Assembly: GCA_051453625.1 (NCBI GenBank)
Contig: JBOZIK010000001.1
Location: forward strand, 28,086,044 to 28,150,043
Length of the DNA: 64,000 nucleotides
Origin: Welwitschia mirabilis
Lineage: Eukaryota
Direction of reading: 5' to 3'
The position numbers were made by a program, and so were the translations under genes. Each line of letters begins with the position of its first letter. Position 1 is the stretch's first letter. Below the pieces are notes generated by a model. It saw only the letters and a list, made by a program, of their open reading frames with translations. It had not been told where the DNA came from and made no database searches. Shown here in pieces: positions 40,337 to 53,109 of this stretch.

Positions 40337-43300
40337 GTAAGCATGATAATATTCCTTTTTTATGTTTTCATTTTTTGAATGACTGCAGGCACTGACTATG
40401 CTTCTTTTAGGAGCATCTACAAAAGAATTGTGCTTATAATTTATAGATTAAATATTGCTATAAATATATGAATTCTAGCAAGCATGTTTCTAATATGGTT
40501 TCATAGTTTAAATAGTTGTGTCTAGCTTGCAAACGTTTGTTGTTGACAAGGTACTATTTATTTGCTCGAAAGCCACAGAATCAATTTTTACTTAACATGA
40601 ATTCCTATAAGAGAATAACTTTTGCTACATTTTTGGCATTACAAGGTCTACAAAATGAAGAAACTATTTTGGGATTGAAAGCTTCATTAAAATTTCACTA
40701 ATTTTGTAATTACTATTTATGTTGTAAAAGTAAGTCCTCTCGAAAGCTTTAGGAATAAATCTTTTGCATTATCTGCTTAGATGCCCCTTTGGATTTTTAC
40801 ATGGATATTTCAATAACAAATTACCTAAAAAACTAGCATGCAATTAGCACACAAAGGACTATCTTAGACTAGTAAATGCTTTCAAGAGAATAACAAGAAA
40901 GAGTAAGAGTTCCTTTTCTTTCATTTGAGATTGTTCAATGAAATAACCTCATCCTCTACCTATGTTTTACATTAAACAATTTTGAACGATTGCCAGTAAA
41001 GCTAAATGGTAAAAAGGAAAGCTAGCAAACAACTATTTTAGAAGTATAGATGTGAAAGTAATATATCTATAATGTAACAACATGACATGCCCAAGGACAA
41101 AAGCATTCAATAATAGTACTTTGAGTAATATATGACAAGAAATGCACATTCTAAAAAAAAGGTAAACCTTTGGATTAAAAATCTTACCTTTAATAGATAA
41201 AGAAAAAAGATGCCTGGGTATTTAAATGTAGATAGTGAAAAAGGCCACAATATTTTCAGACAAAAAAGGATGGCAAACATATAATTCTGAGCCTTGGGTA
41301 TTACAAGTGACGAATTGCCAAATGGAACTTCAGTCCAAATGATTAGTGCAACACTACTTAAGGAATAGTATTATGATGTTATTGAATGACTTTTCATGTA
41401 ATCACTGATCCTTATTATATTGTGTTCAGCTTTATGAAATTCATTGATAGAAAAGTATTTTCTAGAGTGTTCAAATGTAAAGCTTTCATAGGGGTTCCTC
41501 TTAAACATGTCTTTTATAGAAACCATTTCTAATTACTTTAGCAAATTTTATTTATGATTCTGTATGAGATGAAGTTCTTGTTATTGTGCCCTTGACTTCA
41601 ATTTTCTACTAAAAGCATCTACTCTAGACCAATGGAACGTGAATTTATTCTTAGAGTAAAGAAAAATGAGATCTCTATAGTTGGAACAATTTTTTCAGGA
41701 AATCTACCATGTAAAATGACAAATTTTTTTTGATGAGGAATATTTCACAAATGCGAGTAGCAAACTAACATGATTTTTTAATCATCTTAAGTATACTGGA
41801 AATTTTCGAACAGGCAATAATACTGACAGCATTTACAATATGCTTTTTACAATTTACATCAACCTTGAATATATAGCGTAATTCCATTCTACTTTTAAGG
41901 AATAAGATATTAATCAATAAATTTAAATATATGATTATGACTTTGTCTCATGCATAACTTCACAGAGAAGCATTATAGAAAATATGTTTTTAAGACACAT
42001 GTTTGATGGACCACAAGTTAAAAACTTCAGCTAGAAATGTCCAGTATGCAATCTATATGGACTTCTAGTTTCTTTCAAGGCAATGTGTTAAGAATGAAAC
42101 TTAGAACCTCTAGTAAAGGAGGCTGTTGTGCATTTTAAGGAGCTTGGATTTACTGCCCTTCACATTAATTTAAGGGCAATAGATAAAAATAAGAGTAAAA
42201 CACCTAGGCCTAGGCAATAGATGGAAATAAGACTAAAACACAATCAAATTTATGCACACAATTTACAAAAGCTTAGCAGATAATAGGCACAATCACAACT
42301 GTAGAAAATTTTTATTTTTAATTTGCAGGTGAGGCAATTTAAGGCGTTTATCTGGAAAATGCCTTAAGAGGCATTTTGAGGCGTTTACATGATAAACACC
42401 ACAAAAGAAAAGCATTTTAAACTTTTTAAGGCATTTTTTAAAGAAACAGTGCCAAATCCCTTTTGAGTCATTTTTTTGTATAAACACTGCAAAAGAAGTG
42501 TTTTGTAAATAAATGCCTCAAAAGCCTTTAAGGTATTTTTTAATACCTTTTAAGTTATTTTCAAAATGCCTTAAAAACCTATATTTCTTGTAGTGATTAA
42601 AGTATCATAGGATTGAGGCTCTCCCATTCTGAGTGTTGATTGCCAACATCTATCATTAGTATAGAGTCTAGTTTATTTCAAAGCTAAAAATCCTTAACCT
42701 CATGTTAGCTATTAGATTATAACATTATCTCACATGAATATAATTGTCAATTTTAAGAAATATTTAAAATATCCTTCTCTAAAGCAAGCCTCACTAGAGG
42801 AGACTCTTTCATACCTGAAGAGAATAGAGTCTCATATCAGACATATGAAAGAAACTCTGATTGTAGTTGGATATGAAATTATAGAAACCTCAGAGGAAGA
42901 TAAAAGCTTAGCATAATAGGATATCGAAGAAGAGAAAGAAGAAGAAGATTCTAAATAAGGATCAGAGAAGGAATTAGAGGGGTCTAATTAATCTTCTTTC
43001 ATTACTTATGTTTTTTTGAATTTTTCATGCTTATGTATCTTCTCTCCTTTATCATTAATGTCAAAGGGGAAGAATTAGTTCATTGTTGGTTCTAATTTGT
43101 TTAATTGTATCTACTCTTAATGAGCATTTTCTAATGTAGTTTTAAATTTTTAGTAATAAATCTGCACCATGTTATCATTTTTATCTTACATTTTTTAGTG
43201 CACATCTCTTTAATCATGAACTACAATTTTTGTTATATATTATGATTAGTTAATTCATAATTAAAATGTTGTTTAACACATATATTTTGTAATCTTTATG

Positions 43301-43481
43301 CCTTTCAAATTGTTTTACAAATTTTTTTTAATTATGGCACAAGTTAAAAACTCTCTAAAACTGTCTCATTTGATATATATGTTTAGTATCACATGCAAAT
43401 GTAATGGGCATTTTCGAGGGGGTGGGGGGAAGCTATTTTTTAAATCAATATTTTTAACTAAGAATAAGTTTTCTATGAGAT

Positions 43482-44856
43482 TATTGAATATTATTTGTTA
43501 AGTTGATATTAAGCTAATGTTTTTCATTTAGAAAAACATGTTGTATCTTATGCAGAAAATATTAATCATTATAATTCAAATGTTAAAATAATTTTTGATA
43601 ATTTGAAACAAAACCTATCAATTTTTATATCCTCTAAGGGATCGATTGGATTTCAAAGGGGTTAACCACATTTGAAGCTTACATAGAAATAAACTAAATT
43701 TAAAGGAGCCAACTAGACCTATGCATCTAATACTTCTTAGTCAATTATTAAGAGGTTAACTAAATTCTTGAGGAATCAACTAAACCTAAACATTAAACTT
43801 TTATAACTAATCATTAAGGGATTAACTGGATTCCTGAGGGTTAACCATACTTAGAGTGGTATTCACCCTTTATCAGTAAGGAGTTGAATGGACATTTATT
43901 GGGTCTACTAGACCTAAAGCAGAAAATAGTATTGCAATTTTTCCTAATTAATGAAGTGACCAGATGAATATGCGGGTGACTAAATAAGCAGTTAACTAGA
44001 TCCTAAGGGGTTAATTAGATATGAAGCCATAAGAAACAAGGATTAATCACAAAAACATGAGGGTAACTGATTTTAGTAACGATACCAATTGGGATTAACT
44101 AGACTTTTGAGCATTCGACTAGTCACAATGAAAATTGAATTTTTTTAGCCATTATGAACCTATTTTTTTGTCTATTATAAGACCTTTTTTACTTGTAAAA
44201 ACCCTAAAAGTATTATATTATATATTTGCCATAATTCAAAATAACTGTACCACTTTTAAATATTATGATATCATTTGTTATACTCATTGGCATTCTTTCT
44301 ACTTGACCAAAGTCAAACCAAAGCTATGGTTACCATTGTACACTTGGTTAATTTGATTGCACTATATGCATTTAAATTATATCATCTTATTAATCAGTGT
44401 AGAAATACTATTCTTGAACCAAAAATAGGGTGAAACCTATGCATTTTGGCATACCAATATTAGCATCTTACTTTCTTGTAAAAGGTTAGACTGGGCCTCA
44501 AAAAAGTCTAATTGTAAAGGTTATAAGTGAACTTGGAATATTTAGAAAGAGATTAATGAAGATCAAAATCAAGATTGAATAAAAGGTAATCATTGAGCGT
44601 AAAGTATGGGGTTTCATGAATGACTATAAATCTTGTATGCTTCTCATTGGTATTTCTGTGCTTTTTGTTCTTTAGTTTTTTAGAATAGTTTCAATTTTAT
44701 TTGGATAAGGTTTTAGTGTTTATTTCAAGTAAACTATTTTTATGAAGTTATTTGATTAAAATTTTAAATTCTATTCATACCCCTCCATATACCCTCCTCC
44801 CCTCCGCCCCCGTCTCCCCTACCCCTAATCCCGCATCTAGAATTCTGAATCCTATA
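43482..44856 (+). repeat. Sirevirus 3' LTR
   Basis: Collinear with 30791-32120; termini decayed to TA...TA; C-rich expansion near the end. Confidence 0.88.
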
Positions 44857-46429
44857 ATGCAAGTCATTCTATATCAGGTTGGTATTGAAATGGGTCCCTA
44901 TCAGTCTCTTCTAGAAATACTAGGTATGTGTTTAAGATTATAAGTTCCACATTGTTATTAGGAGGTAGTTCAAAATGGTTTTAAATTTCATACTTTTTAT
45001 TAGCTATTAAATCTTTAAGTGTAACCATCACATTTAAATTAGATATTCCTACCATAATTGATGTACTAGTCAAAACTACTTACTTTTTTTTTTGCATTGA
45101 ATTTAACATAAATGAAGAAGAAATAAAATGATTTTCTTCTATTCTATTATTTTCATAATCTTCTTTTAAACTATGTAATTTTAAGATTAAAAAAGAATGA
45201 AAAATCTTCTTCTCCAATTCTTGAAATTCTTTAATCTTTTTGAATACATGGGGTATGCATATTGGGTTTTTTCTCATAGTCAATTAAGCTTTTTCTAATG
45301 TTCTTCTCAATTAAGCTTCACTCCCTCTAATATTTTTTCTTTTTACTAGAATTTATCATATCCTTGATTACCTAGAAAATGAATATACAACTGTCGTTTT
45401 GATTATCATTTAAATGATATAACTAGATGATCACTTATTTAGAAACAGATTTCAAAAGTTGAGAAAAACTAATTTGCAAAAAAAAATAGAAATGAGAAAC
45501 TCTCATCCTATGCACTATTTGGATAATAGAGGGGATAACATTGAATTTATTTCACTACCAAAAATTACCAAAAATAAGAAAACCTAATTTCTAGAATAGA
45601 AACTAAAAATACTAGTTATAATCTATTGTCTACTTGCATCATCTCAATGATAAAGGGGATAATATGACTTTCTAATACTATGGAAATCAAAAATTACAAA
45701 AATAAACCTATGAAATCTAGAATAGAAATACAACACTACTTCAAATAAATAACTTGAATTAAAATTCAAGTTACTTATCTATTATAGTAATAATCTTTCA
45801 TCTTCTTATGGCCTTCCTCAACATTAGCACTAAAATGCTACAATGTGAAATTTTATGATCCTTAAGTATTTAAGCAAATTCTTATTAATCATAAATACTT
45901 ATAGAAAACACATGATACTATAGTTAGAAGTTAACCCAAATGTCGTAATCTATTGAAGACACTATGCTAGAAGTTAGAGAATTAATTTTAACAAAGAATT
46001 TTTAGTCTTTTTCTATTTAAGTAAATGAAATAAGAATAATGCAAAAATACAATACAAGATAAATGCTAATGTAATACTTATATATAAGATACAAATGAAA
46101 TAACTGTATGTATTAGGTCTACTGAACTACCAATCTGCTATCACTAAGATTAATCCTTATAGCCTAGATTAATTAGGAAATAACTGTCACTTCCCAACCA
46201 AAATACGTCATAAGGCACATTGAATAAAATATAAATAAATGCAACTAGTATAGTTATGAAAATGTAATATGAAACACAAGTACTAAACTAATAATATCAA
46301 CCTATCATAGGTTAGTCTTATGTCCTATATAAACTACAAAACTATTATAGAATAATAATTAATATAAATCATAAAGGAGTTACACATAATAGAAATAAAT
46401 TAACCTTTTTATTAATTATGAAGTATCCT

Positions 46430-49360
46430 TAGGAAAACTAGTTTTCATTAAGATATCATTAATCTTTAACTAGATATGTAGGCATCAGCCAAATTCAGTG
46501 TGAAGGTTAACAATCATAATCAAATTTATTTTCAGTAGGCTAAGGATTAAGATAAGGGGATTCTCTATTCCCATATCTTTTTCTCTTCATAATGAATGTT
46601 TTATAGATCTTTTTAAGAAGAAATGAAGTTACAGCAATTAAAATTAGAGGTCAAAATATTAATAATAATAACTATGAAGATGATACCATCATTATGTTCA
46701 GGGATTCATGTCAGTAAGAAAAATCTATTAAAACTTCCATGAACCTTTCCATAATGGCTATAGGTCTTCATACCAACTAAAACAAGTGAATAATTCATAC
46801 TTTATATAGAAATAGTATTAGAGGGAGCAAAATATTATAAATCCTAAATGCAAAATTGAGAGACTTATAAGACATATACTTGGGAATTTTCCTCTAAAAA
46901 GGATACAATATTCTCACCTAGAGTTACATCTTTGAGTTCATTCAAAGATAGTGCAACTCATGGCAGAATAATTTTCTCTTATCCAAATCAAAGATCATCC
47001 TCATAAACTCTTGCTTAATCTCTTATTTTTGCTATATAGCTTCTAGTATCCTCACCCCACTCCCCCCAAACTACGAAACGAATATTATCAAAAAATCAAT
47101 AGGATCTTGAAGGAGTTCATTTAGTTAGAAGGTAAAGAATATAATTGAATTCATCTTTGCAAACGAGAGACCATAGCCCACCCAAGAGAATCAAGAGATT
47201 AGGAGATTAAGAAGCTAAAGGACTGCATCCTTCTTGGAGCGTACAAGATCTTAAAAAGACTACATGAAGGAGGACAACCTTGTTGTAACTTACTAAATTA
47301 CAAATACAAAAATTAGAGCACTGATCATGAAGAGTCCTACCTCAAGAAGCATCTCATTAAATCTTAACAATAACTTTTAGAATTAAATATCTATCAGTCT
47401 AATTAAACTAAAAAGATTCTCTTAAAAAAATATGGGAAAGATAAATCATACAAAAAATATTGAAAGGTCAAATTCCAGAAAAAAATTAAAGTTTTTAATT
47501 AGTTAAAGGATCATCATAAAGTTCTAATCAGAGATCAATTACTCAAGAGAGGGTTTCAAGTAAAAACAAACTTACTATCTATCAATCTTGTCTTGAAACT
47601 GCACAATACTTGTTTCATTAATGCACTTGGATTAAGTAATTAATAACTATAATGAAAAAGTACTACTGGACTTACAACCTCTATAATAAATAATTAATTT
47701 ATGAGATTTGTTTTGTCTATTAGAAGATTTGAAGAAATAGAAATGATCTAATTTTCAATAACACCTTTTTGCCATTTCTTTTAAATACTTCTAGGAGAAT
47801 CAAATACTACCATTTTCAAATCAAACCTATAATGGAAGCTACACCTACTATTAAGCCTTCCAATCGTAGCCTCTTTAAAGGTTGCCCTACTCTATAGGAA
47901 AATGTGTAGGCTATAGGATAAGAAATCCTCTTATACAAGCTCAACGAAGATCAAGGAACTAATATTGTCCTCTTTTATAGATGCTAGAGAGGAGTACANN
48001 NNNNNNNNGAATCTCCATTGAGATAATAGAATATTCCCTATCCATACTTTTGGATATGCCTACAAACATAGAATGTATTCCACTTAGAATTTTAAGACAA
48101 CATGAAGCACTTCACTTCTTATTTAATATGATTTCTAAGTTATCAAGTAGGTAAATTAATAGAAAGATGCTACTTCCTCCATGGGGATTAGATGTAGAAC
48201 TAGTCAACTGATATTTCATTCAGTCTGGAAACTATTCTAAGCTATTAAGAATTCACTTTTCTTTTATCAAAGCCCTAGACCTAGGGCACAAGGAAAAATT
48301 ACTCTTCTTTTTTATTTAAGTACTTTAAAGAAAAAACACCTCCTCTAGACACTCTAGNNNNNNNNNNCACGAAAGTAGGATAAGAAAGGTTGTTCTCCTC
48401 CTCTTCATTGATGCTCACATTAGAATCCCCTAAGGAGAACTTCCAAGATAAGAGCCACCATGAAAGGAACCCCTCATTCTAAGGGAAATTTTATACAAGG
48501 CAAGAATAATCAGCAAGGGATAACTTTACTTCTAGATCATACAAAGAATACATTTATGTTGTAGCCCGACAAGAGATAGTTCAGGAGCTTGTCCATGAGA
48601 CAGCTAAGGAGCTAGTTTAAAAACATTAATTCCCTAATACCCAAGATCAAAAAACACATAACCAAACCCCATCTTAGCTAGAAAGGAGTTCCATCCATGT
48701 CCAAAAATCAACTTGGACTCTTATTTAGTAAAACTTTAGCCTCATCCTTAGGAGAACATAGATATAAATGCTGCTTGTCAAAAAGTTATTATAACAATAA
48801 TCTAAGGAGTAAAGAGATGCTGCTTGATCACATTAGAACTCTCTCACAAAGCCCTTCTTAAAGCCATCAAGTCTAGCTATAGAAAGAAATCCCTCAGATT
48901 GCAACCAAATAATGATCTAATAGGTACTGAAGAATTCAAGGAGATAAATCAAGCTTTTAAGGTGCTCTCTGATGATATGATTCATTTCTTATTTGAACAT
49001 GATCATGGTAATATTTTTTTATTCTATAGAGGATATTAATCCTCCTCTATCTAAGTCTTTCTCTTATTAAACTTAAGCTTTTATCACTCTCAATATATTA
49101 TGGCATTTTTACCCTTAGTCTATTAGTAGTTCTATGCATATTACTCTTTTAGATAGTCAATTCTCTATTTTTAGTCTATTTTCTCAAGGCGTTTTTGACT
49201 CAATTTTCTTCTGTTTCTTAGTCCACTTATAAACATTTAGTAAAATGATTTTCCTTTTTTCCAAATAGTTTAATCTTCCTATCAAGCTAGGGTGCTATTG
49301 CCCCTCAATGTACATTTCCTAGTTTAATATATTTACTCTTTCTAAAATAAAAATAAAGCA
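46430..49360. mobile_element. Degenerate L1-like LINE fragment with internal inversion, inserted in the A3 5' LTR
   Basis: Plus strand 46430-46890 gives RT motifs FSVKVN, LR*GDSLFPYLFLFIMNVL, YEDDTII and YLGIFL. Minus strand ~48218-46900 gives endonuclease-like (W>*)NIS*L, GNILLSQW and WGEDTRSY. The host LTR resumes at ~49365. Boundaries are approximate. Confidence 0.7.
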
Positions 49361-52300
49361 TTAACTTATAAAGTAGTAACACCTCAATGGATGATACATA
49401 GCTCAATATTAAGATAGACTTCTCTTTATAACTAGGATGGACCTTTTACCCTTTAATCCTTCATCACAAAATTTTAGGTACATACGATGTTTTTGACCAG
49501 TGAGGACAAGGGGGTATTCATAGATTTCACATAGAAGATTCTAGAAATAAAATCATAGTAGCCCAAATGAAACTCTAGCAATCTAAATGGGTGAATAACC
49601 CCCTTACAAAATTATATTTATTCATTACATAAAATAAATATCATTCTATATATCATCTAAATGACAATGATGATGATACTAGATTATAAAAGATAACTCA
49701 TCAACTTCCCTCATCTGTCCATATTAACATCTAGGTTAGCTCTTCAAATGGATTGTCATCTAGTACTGTCATCTATATGATCACTTGGACTTGATCCTCT
49801 AAACTCTCTAACTAGGAAAAATTAGCCTTTTGGATTATTAGTCTTCTCCTCAAAATAATAAGCATTAAAGCCTACCTAAAATTCCTTCATATATGCTAAG
49901 AATTACATATTCTTATGGTCAATATTCATAATTATTAGAACTTCATCTAAAAATATATAAATGTCCTATGAAAGTACTTAAAATATCTCATCAAGTATAT
50001 ATAATTTGGCATCGCAACAACATATTAGAACATCTCTATATTCTAGATTATAGTAATGAAAATATAAATAAATAAAATATTCTTTTATTTTTATTATTTT
50101 AATAATAAAATATAAAATATATCAGGTCACATCTTAATAATGTTCTTAAAGAAACTACTTCATACCTAGGGCTATGTCAATCTTAAAAGCATTCTTTAAT
50201 TCTCATATGATAATCTCCATTATGAAAGAAAGATAAACAACAAAACCATAATTCAAGAATAACTATTAAGATATAAGTTTTTATTGAAAAATCATATGCA
50301 TATTTTATAAGTCAAGAAAATAAGTAATAAATTAAGAAATATTTATATTACTTAAATTGCTGAGATGAAAAACTCTTATCAGCATACACAATTAAAGTAA
50401 AATAAATGAAAAAGATAAGCAATGTATTATTCTTAACACAATATTATTTCTAACTATTGTAACTTAATATTACCAATTGAAAGTTATCTTATATAATTAA
50501 ATTACATATATAATTTTATTTATTAATTTTTTTATTATTTAAAACATTTATTATAATGTCGTTGGACTCTAAAAAGACATTGTTGTAGTGCATAATTGTG
50601 CAAACATTGCATCCCTAAACAAATATTGAAAATAATCAAAATATATGTATTACACAACATAACATATTATCATAAATAGGAGTGAACTCGAATGTTGTAA
50701 ATCCATCAAAGGCACAGATAAGAAGAAATATAACTAATTTCAAACAAAATACTTATGGACTTTCCAAGTAAAAAAAAATAATAATGCAAAGTCAGTAATG
50801 TAAATAAATACATTATACAAATGAGGTGTAAGAACTAATCTAAGTGCAACATCTATTCGATTACCAAATCAATCGATCATAGATATTAGCCCTATATAAT
50901 CTAGATTAATTAGGAAAAGCTATCACTAGAGTGAATACAACCTAAGCTATTAAGTGCATTAAACAAAATATGAAGATAATGAAAAGTTAATCTAAAAATA
51001 AAATGCAATGCATCTAAATTAATAGTATTAACCTTAATAATGTTTTCCTCATGATATATATCATAAATGAAGCTATCATAGAATTATAAGCAACTTAAAC
51101 CATAAGAGAGATTCATATAACAAATCATATGAATAAAAATTAGAGTTTTAATTAATTTGAATCAACATCGGTGTTACAAAGTAGTAGCATCTCAATGAAG
51201 AATACATAGCTTAATACCAAAGAAGATGCCTCTTTGCAATCATAAAAGATGGATTTACTACCCTTCGATCTCTTATCATGAGAATTTTTATACTAAAATA
51301 GGTAAAATCAGAGTTGAGGATGAAGGAGGTATTTATTACAAACAAAGACTCTAAAAATAGCAAATACTAACAAACATGGTAAAACCCTAGCAACCATTTA
51401 AGAAGGTACATGACACATAGTAAAAGTTGGATAAAGTTTAGTAAAGCATTATATTTGGATATTATCCTTGTAGTTATCTGGGTGTCATAAGATATAATGC
51501 CACATTATACAGGTCCACATCACCTATCATATTAGTGCAATAAGTATCTTGATTAGTGTTTTGCTATCAATTTGTGGTTATTTGATGGATTTTTATGAGG
51601 TATTTTACAGTACATTTATACGGGTTTAGGTGTAATTCTAAGGACTTTAGAGATTCAATAAAAGATTCCAAAAGTGTGCAATTCTTATCTAGATTTGATG
51701 CATTTAAGGCACATTTTGATGTAGAGATCTTTGAAGGAAGATTATTAATAAAAATGCTAAGATTCTTTTTAATAAAATAATTGAAGAAGATCATCATCCC
51801 CTTTGTCATCCCCATGACAGATAGGATGACAACACTACTACTTACTGATATGGACTACTGAATCACTACTAAGTCACCATTCTGAGTCATCATTTATGAT
51901 GAGCTATCATCTCATTCATCGTCTGGATGATACTTGGGATGACACTAATATCTAACTAACTCTGATAGCTGATCCTTTATAGTTTCATTTGTTTCTTATT
52001 TGTAATGAGTACATCTTACCATGCCTTCTGTTTGTCATTTTTTGTTGTGAGTTATTATAAATAATTCCTTCTTTGACTTTCCTTCTCATCTTCATTGTAT
52101 TAAAAATTCTTATGATAGAAGATCAAAGGGTAAGAGATCTATCTCAAGTGTTGTGAAAAGAATTTCCCTTGGTAGAGGGCTATATATCCTCCATTAAGGC
52201 CTGACTATTTTGTAACCCAGATGCTTTGTTACTTTAATAGTAACTTTATTTTGTTTTTATGTTTACATGTTATTTTATTAGATAATCCTTAGAGTTTATT

Positions 52301-53109
52301 GCTTTTGATCTGGTGATAATTTTTTAAGTGATATAGGTTATCAAGGATGGCCTTTGTCAAGGTAGAAAGCAAGTAATGTTAGGATTATTTTGCATTACAT
52401 GTTAGATTAAAGTTGCATCTTGCATTTCCATTGTACTTTATTTTCTTGTATTATTTTTTATTTTTGGTTTGTATTCTTATTTGAAAAAGTAATCCAAGTC
52501 TTATCTCTTAGCCTTTAATGAGAATATGACATTTTGTATTTACTCTCAATCATACTAGTGTGATGTATTATTTGAGATATTTATTTATTTTATGAATTAT
52601 AGAATCCTTTTGAACTTAAGTGCTCACATAAATATACACTGCAATAAATGGCAGCATTATCAGGGAAGGCTATTGAGGAGTATGAGGGTCGTCGTCATTT
52701 AAGTGAGTATGTTGGACCTCTGTTCGGTTATTTATCTATAGCAATGCTATATTTTATTAGAAACTATATGTTTTCTATTTGAAATTTTTTCAATTTTAGT
52801 ATTTTAATTTTATTCTTCTATAGGAAAATAGTGGTCATTTCCTTTGTCATCTACATCATAAATAGGACGATAGTATGGAATTATTAGTTTTCAATTATGT
52901 TTTTGGATTTTAATTTTCTAATCTCTTTTATCTTCTTTACTATTTGAATGACAAGGTTGATGAAGTCTTGTTTTCTGAGTTTTTCATTAGGTGTTTTGGT
53001 TTTTGATTCTACCTCTATTTTTTATTTTCTCTGTGTGTCATTTCTTCTATCATCTCTACGATAGATAGAATGATAATGTTATTTTTTATCTATTTTCTGT
53101 TATTTTCTA

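Larger units (their letters stand above)
37707..42595. mobile_element. Non-autonomous CACTA (En/Spm) DNA transposon, TSD ATT, carrying gene fragments
   Basis: Right TIR TATTTCTTGTAGTG (reverse complement CACTACAAGAAATA); left TIR CAATATAAGAAAATA (two early substitutions); 3-bp TSD ATT at 37704-37706 and 42596-42598; subterminal TTTTAAGGCATTT repeats in both orientations at both ends; no transposase recognised. Confidence 0.9.
37050..42960 (+). pseudogene. Sirevirus env-like ORF remnant split by CACTA (37050-37706 and 42596-42960)
   Basis: SYPFLTRMFYSN...TLKTMILGK; both halves are collinear with the reverse complement of 16780-17940; acidic C-terminus. Confidence 0.72.
30791..44856 (+). mobile_element. 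Full-length degenerate Sirevirus (Ty1/copia) inserted in A3 gag
   Basis: 5' LTR 30791-32120 (TGTTGAG...CCTACA), PBS TACTATCAGAGCTT 32123-32136, gag-pol, env-like ORF, PPT-like AAAGGGGAAGA ~43063, 3' LTR 43482-44856. Flanks ATTAA/ATGCA match only 3 of 5. Confidence 0.9.
29972..50019 (-). mobile_element. Athila-like element A3, 5' part (gag 29972-30790 and 44857-45359, PBS ~45813-45832, 5' LTR ~45839-50019 split by a LINE)
   Basis: gag reads through across the Sirevirus insertion (...FELPPNNNVEL...DPFQY..DIE | LITSTNEK...ITLRRKAKLWL). The LTR ends GGCATCGCAACA. The element probably continues left of position 31. Confidence 0.75.

Noticed and set aside
48824-49039. ORF with a DnaJ-like phrase (IKSSYRKKSL...EEFKEINQAFKVLSD)
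   Set aside because: The resemblance to a J-domain is noticeable, but the HPD motif reads QPN, the ORF is short, and it lies inside the LINE-bearing insert. Not called without an HMM search (Pfam DnaJ); a hit would make it a second captured gene fragment.
50020-50583. AT-rich spacer between two LTRs as a possible MITE
   Set aside because: No terminal inverted repeats or TSD found.
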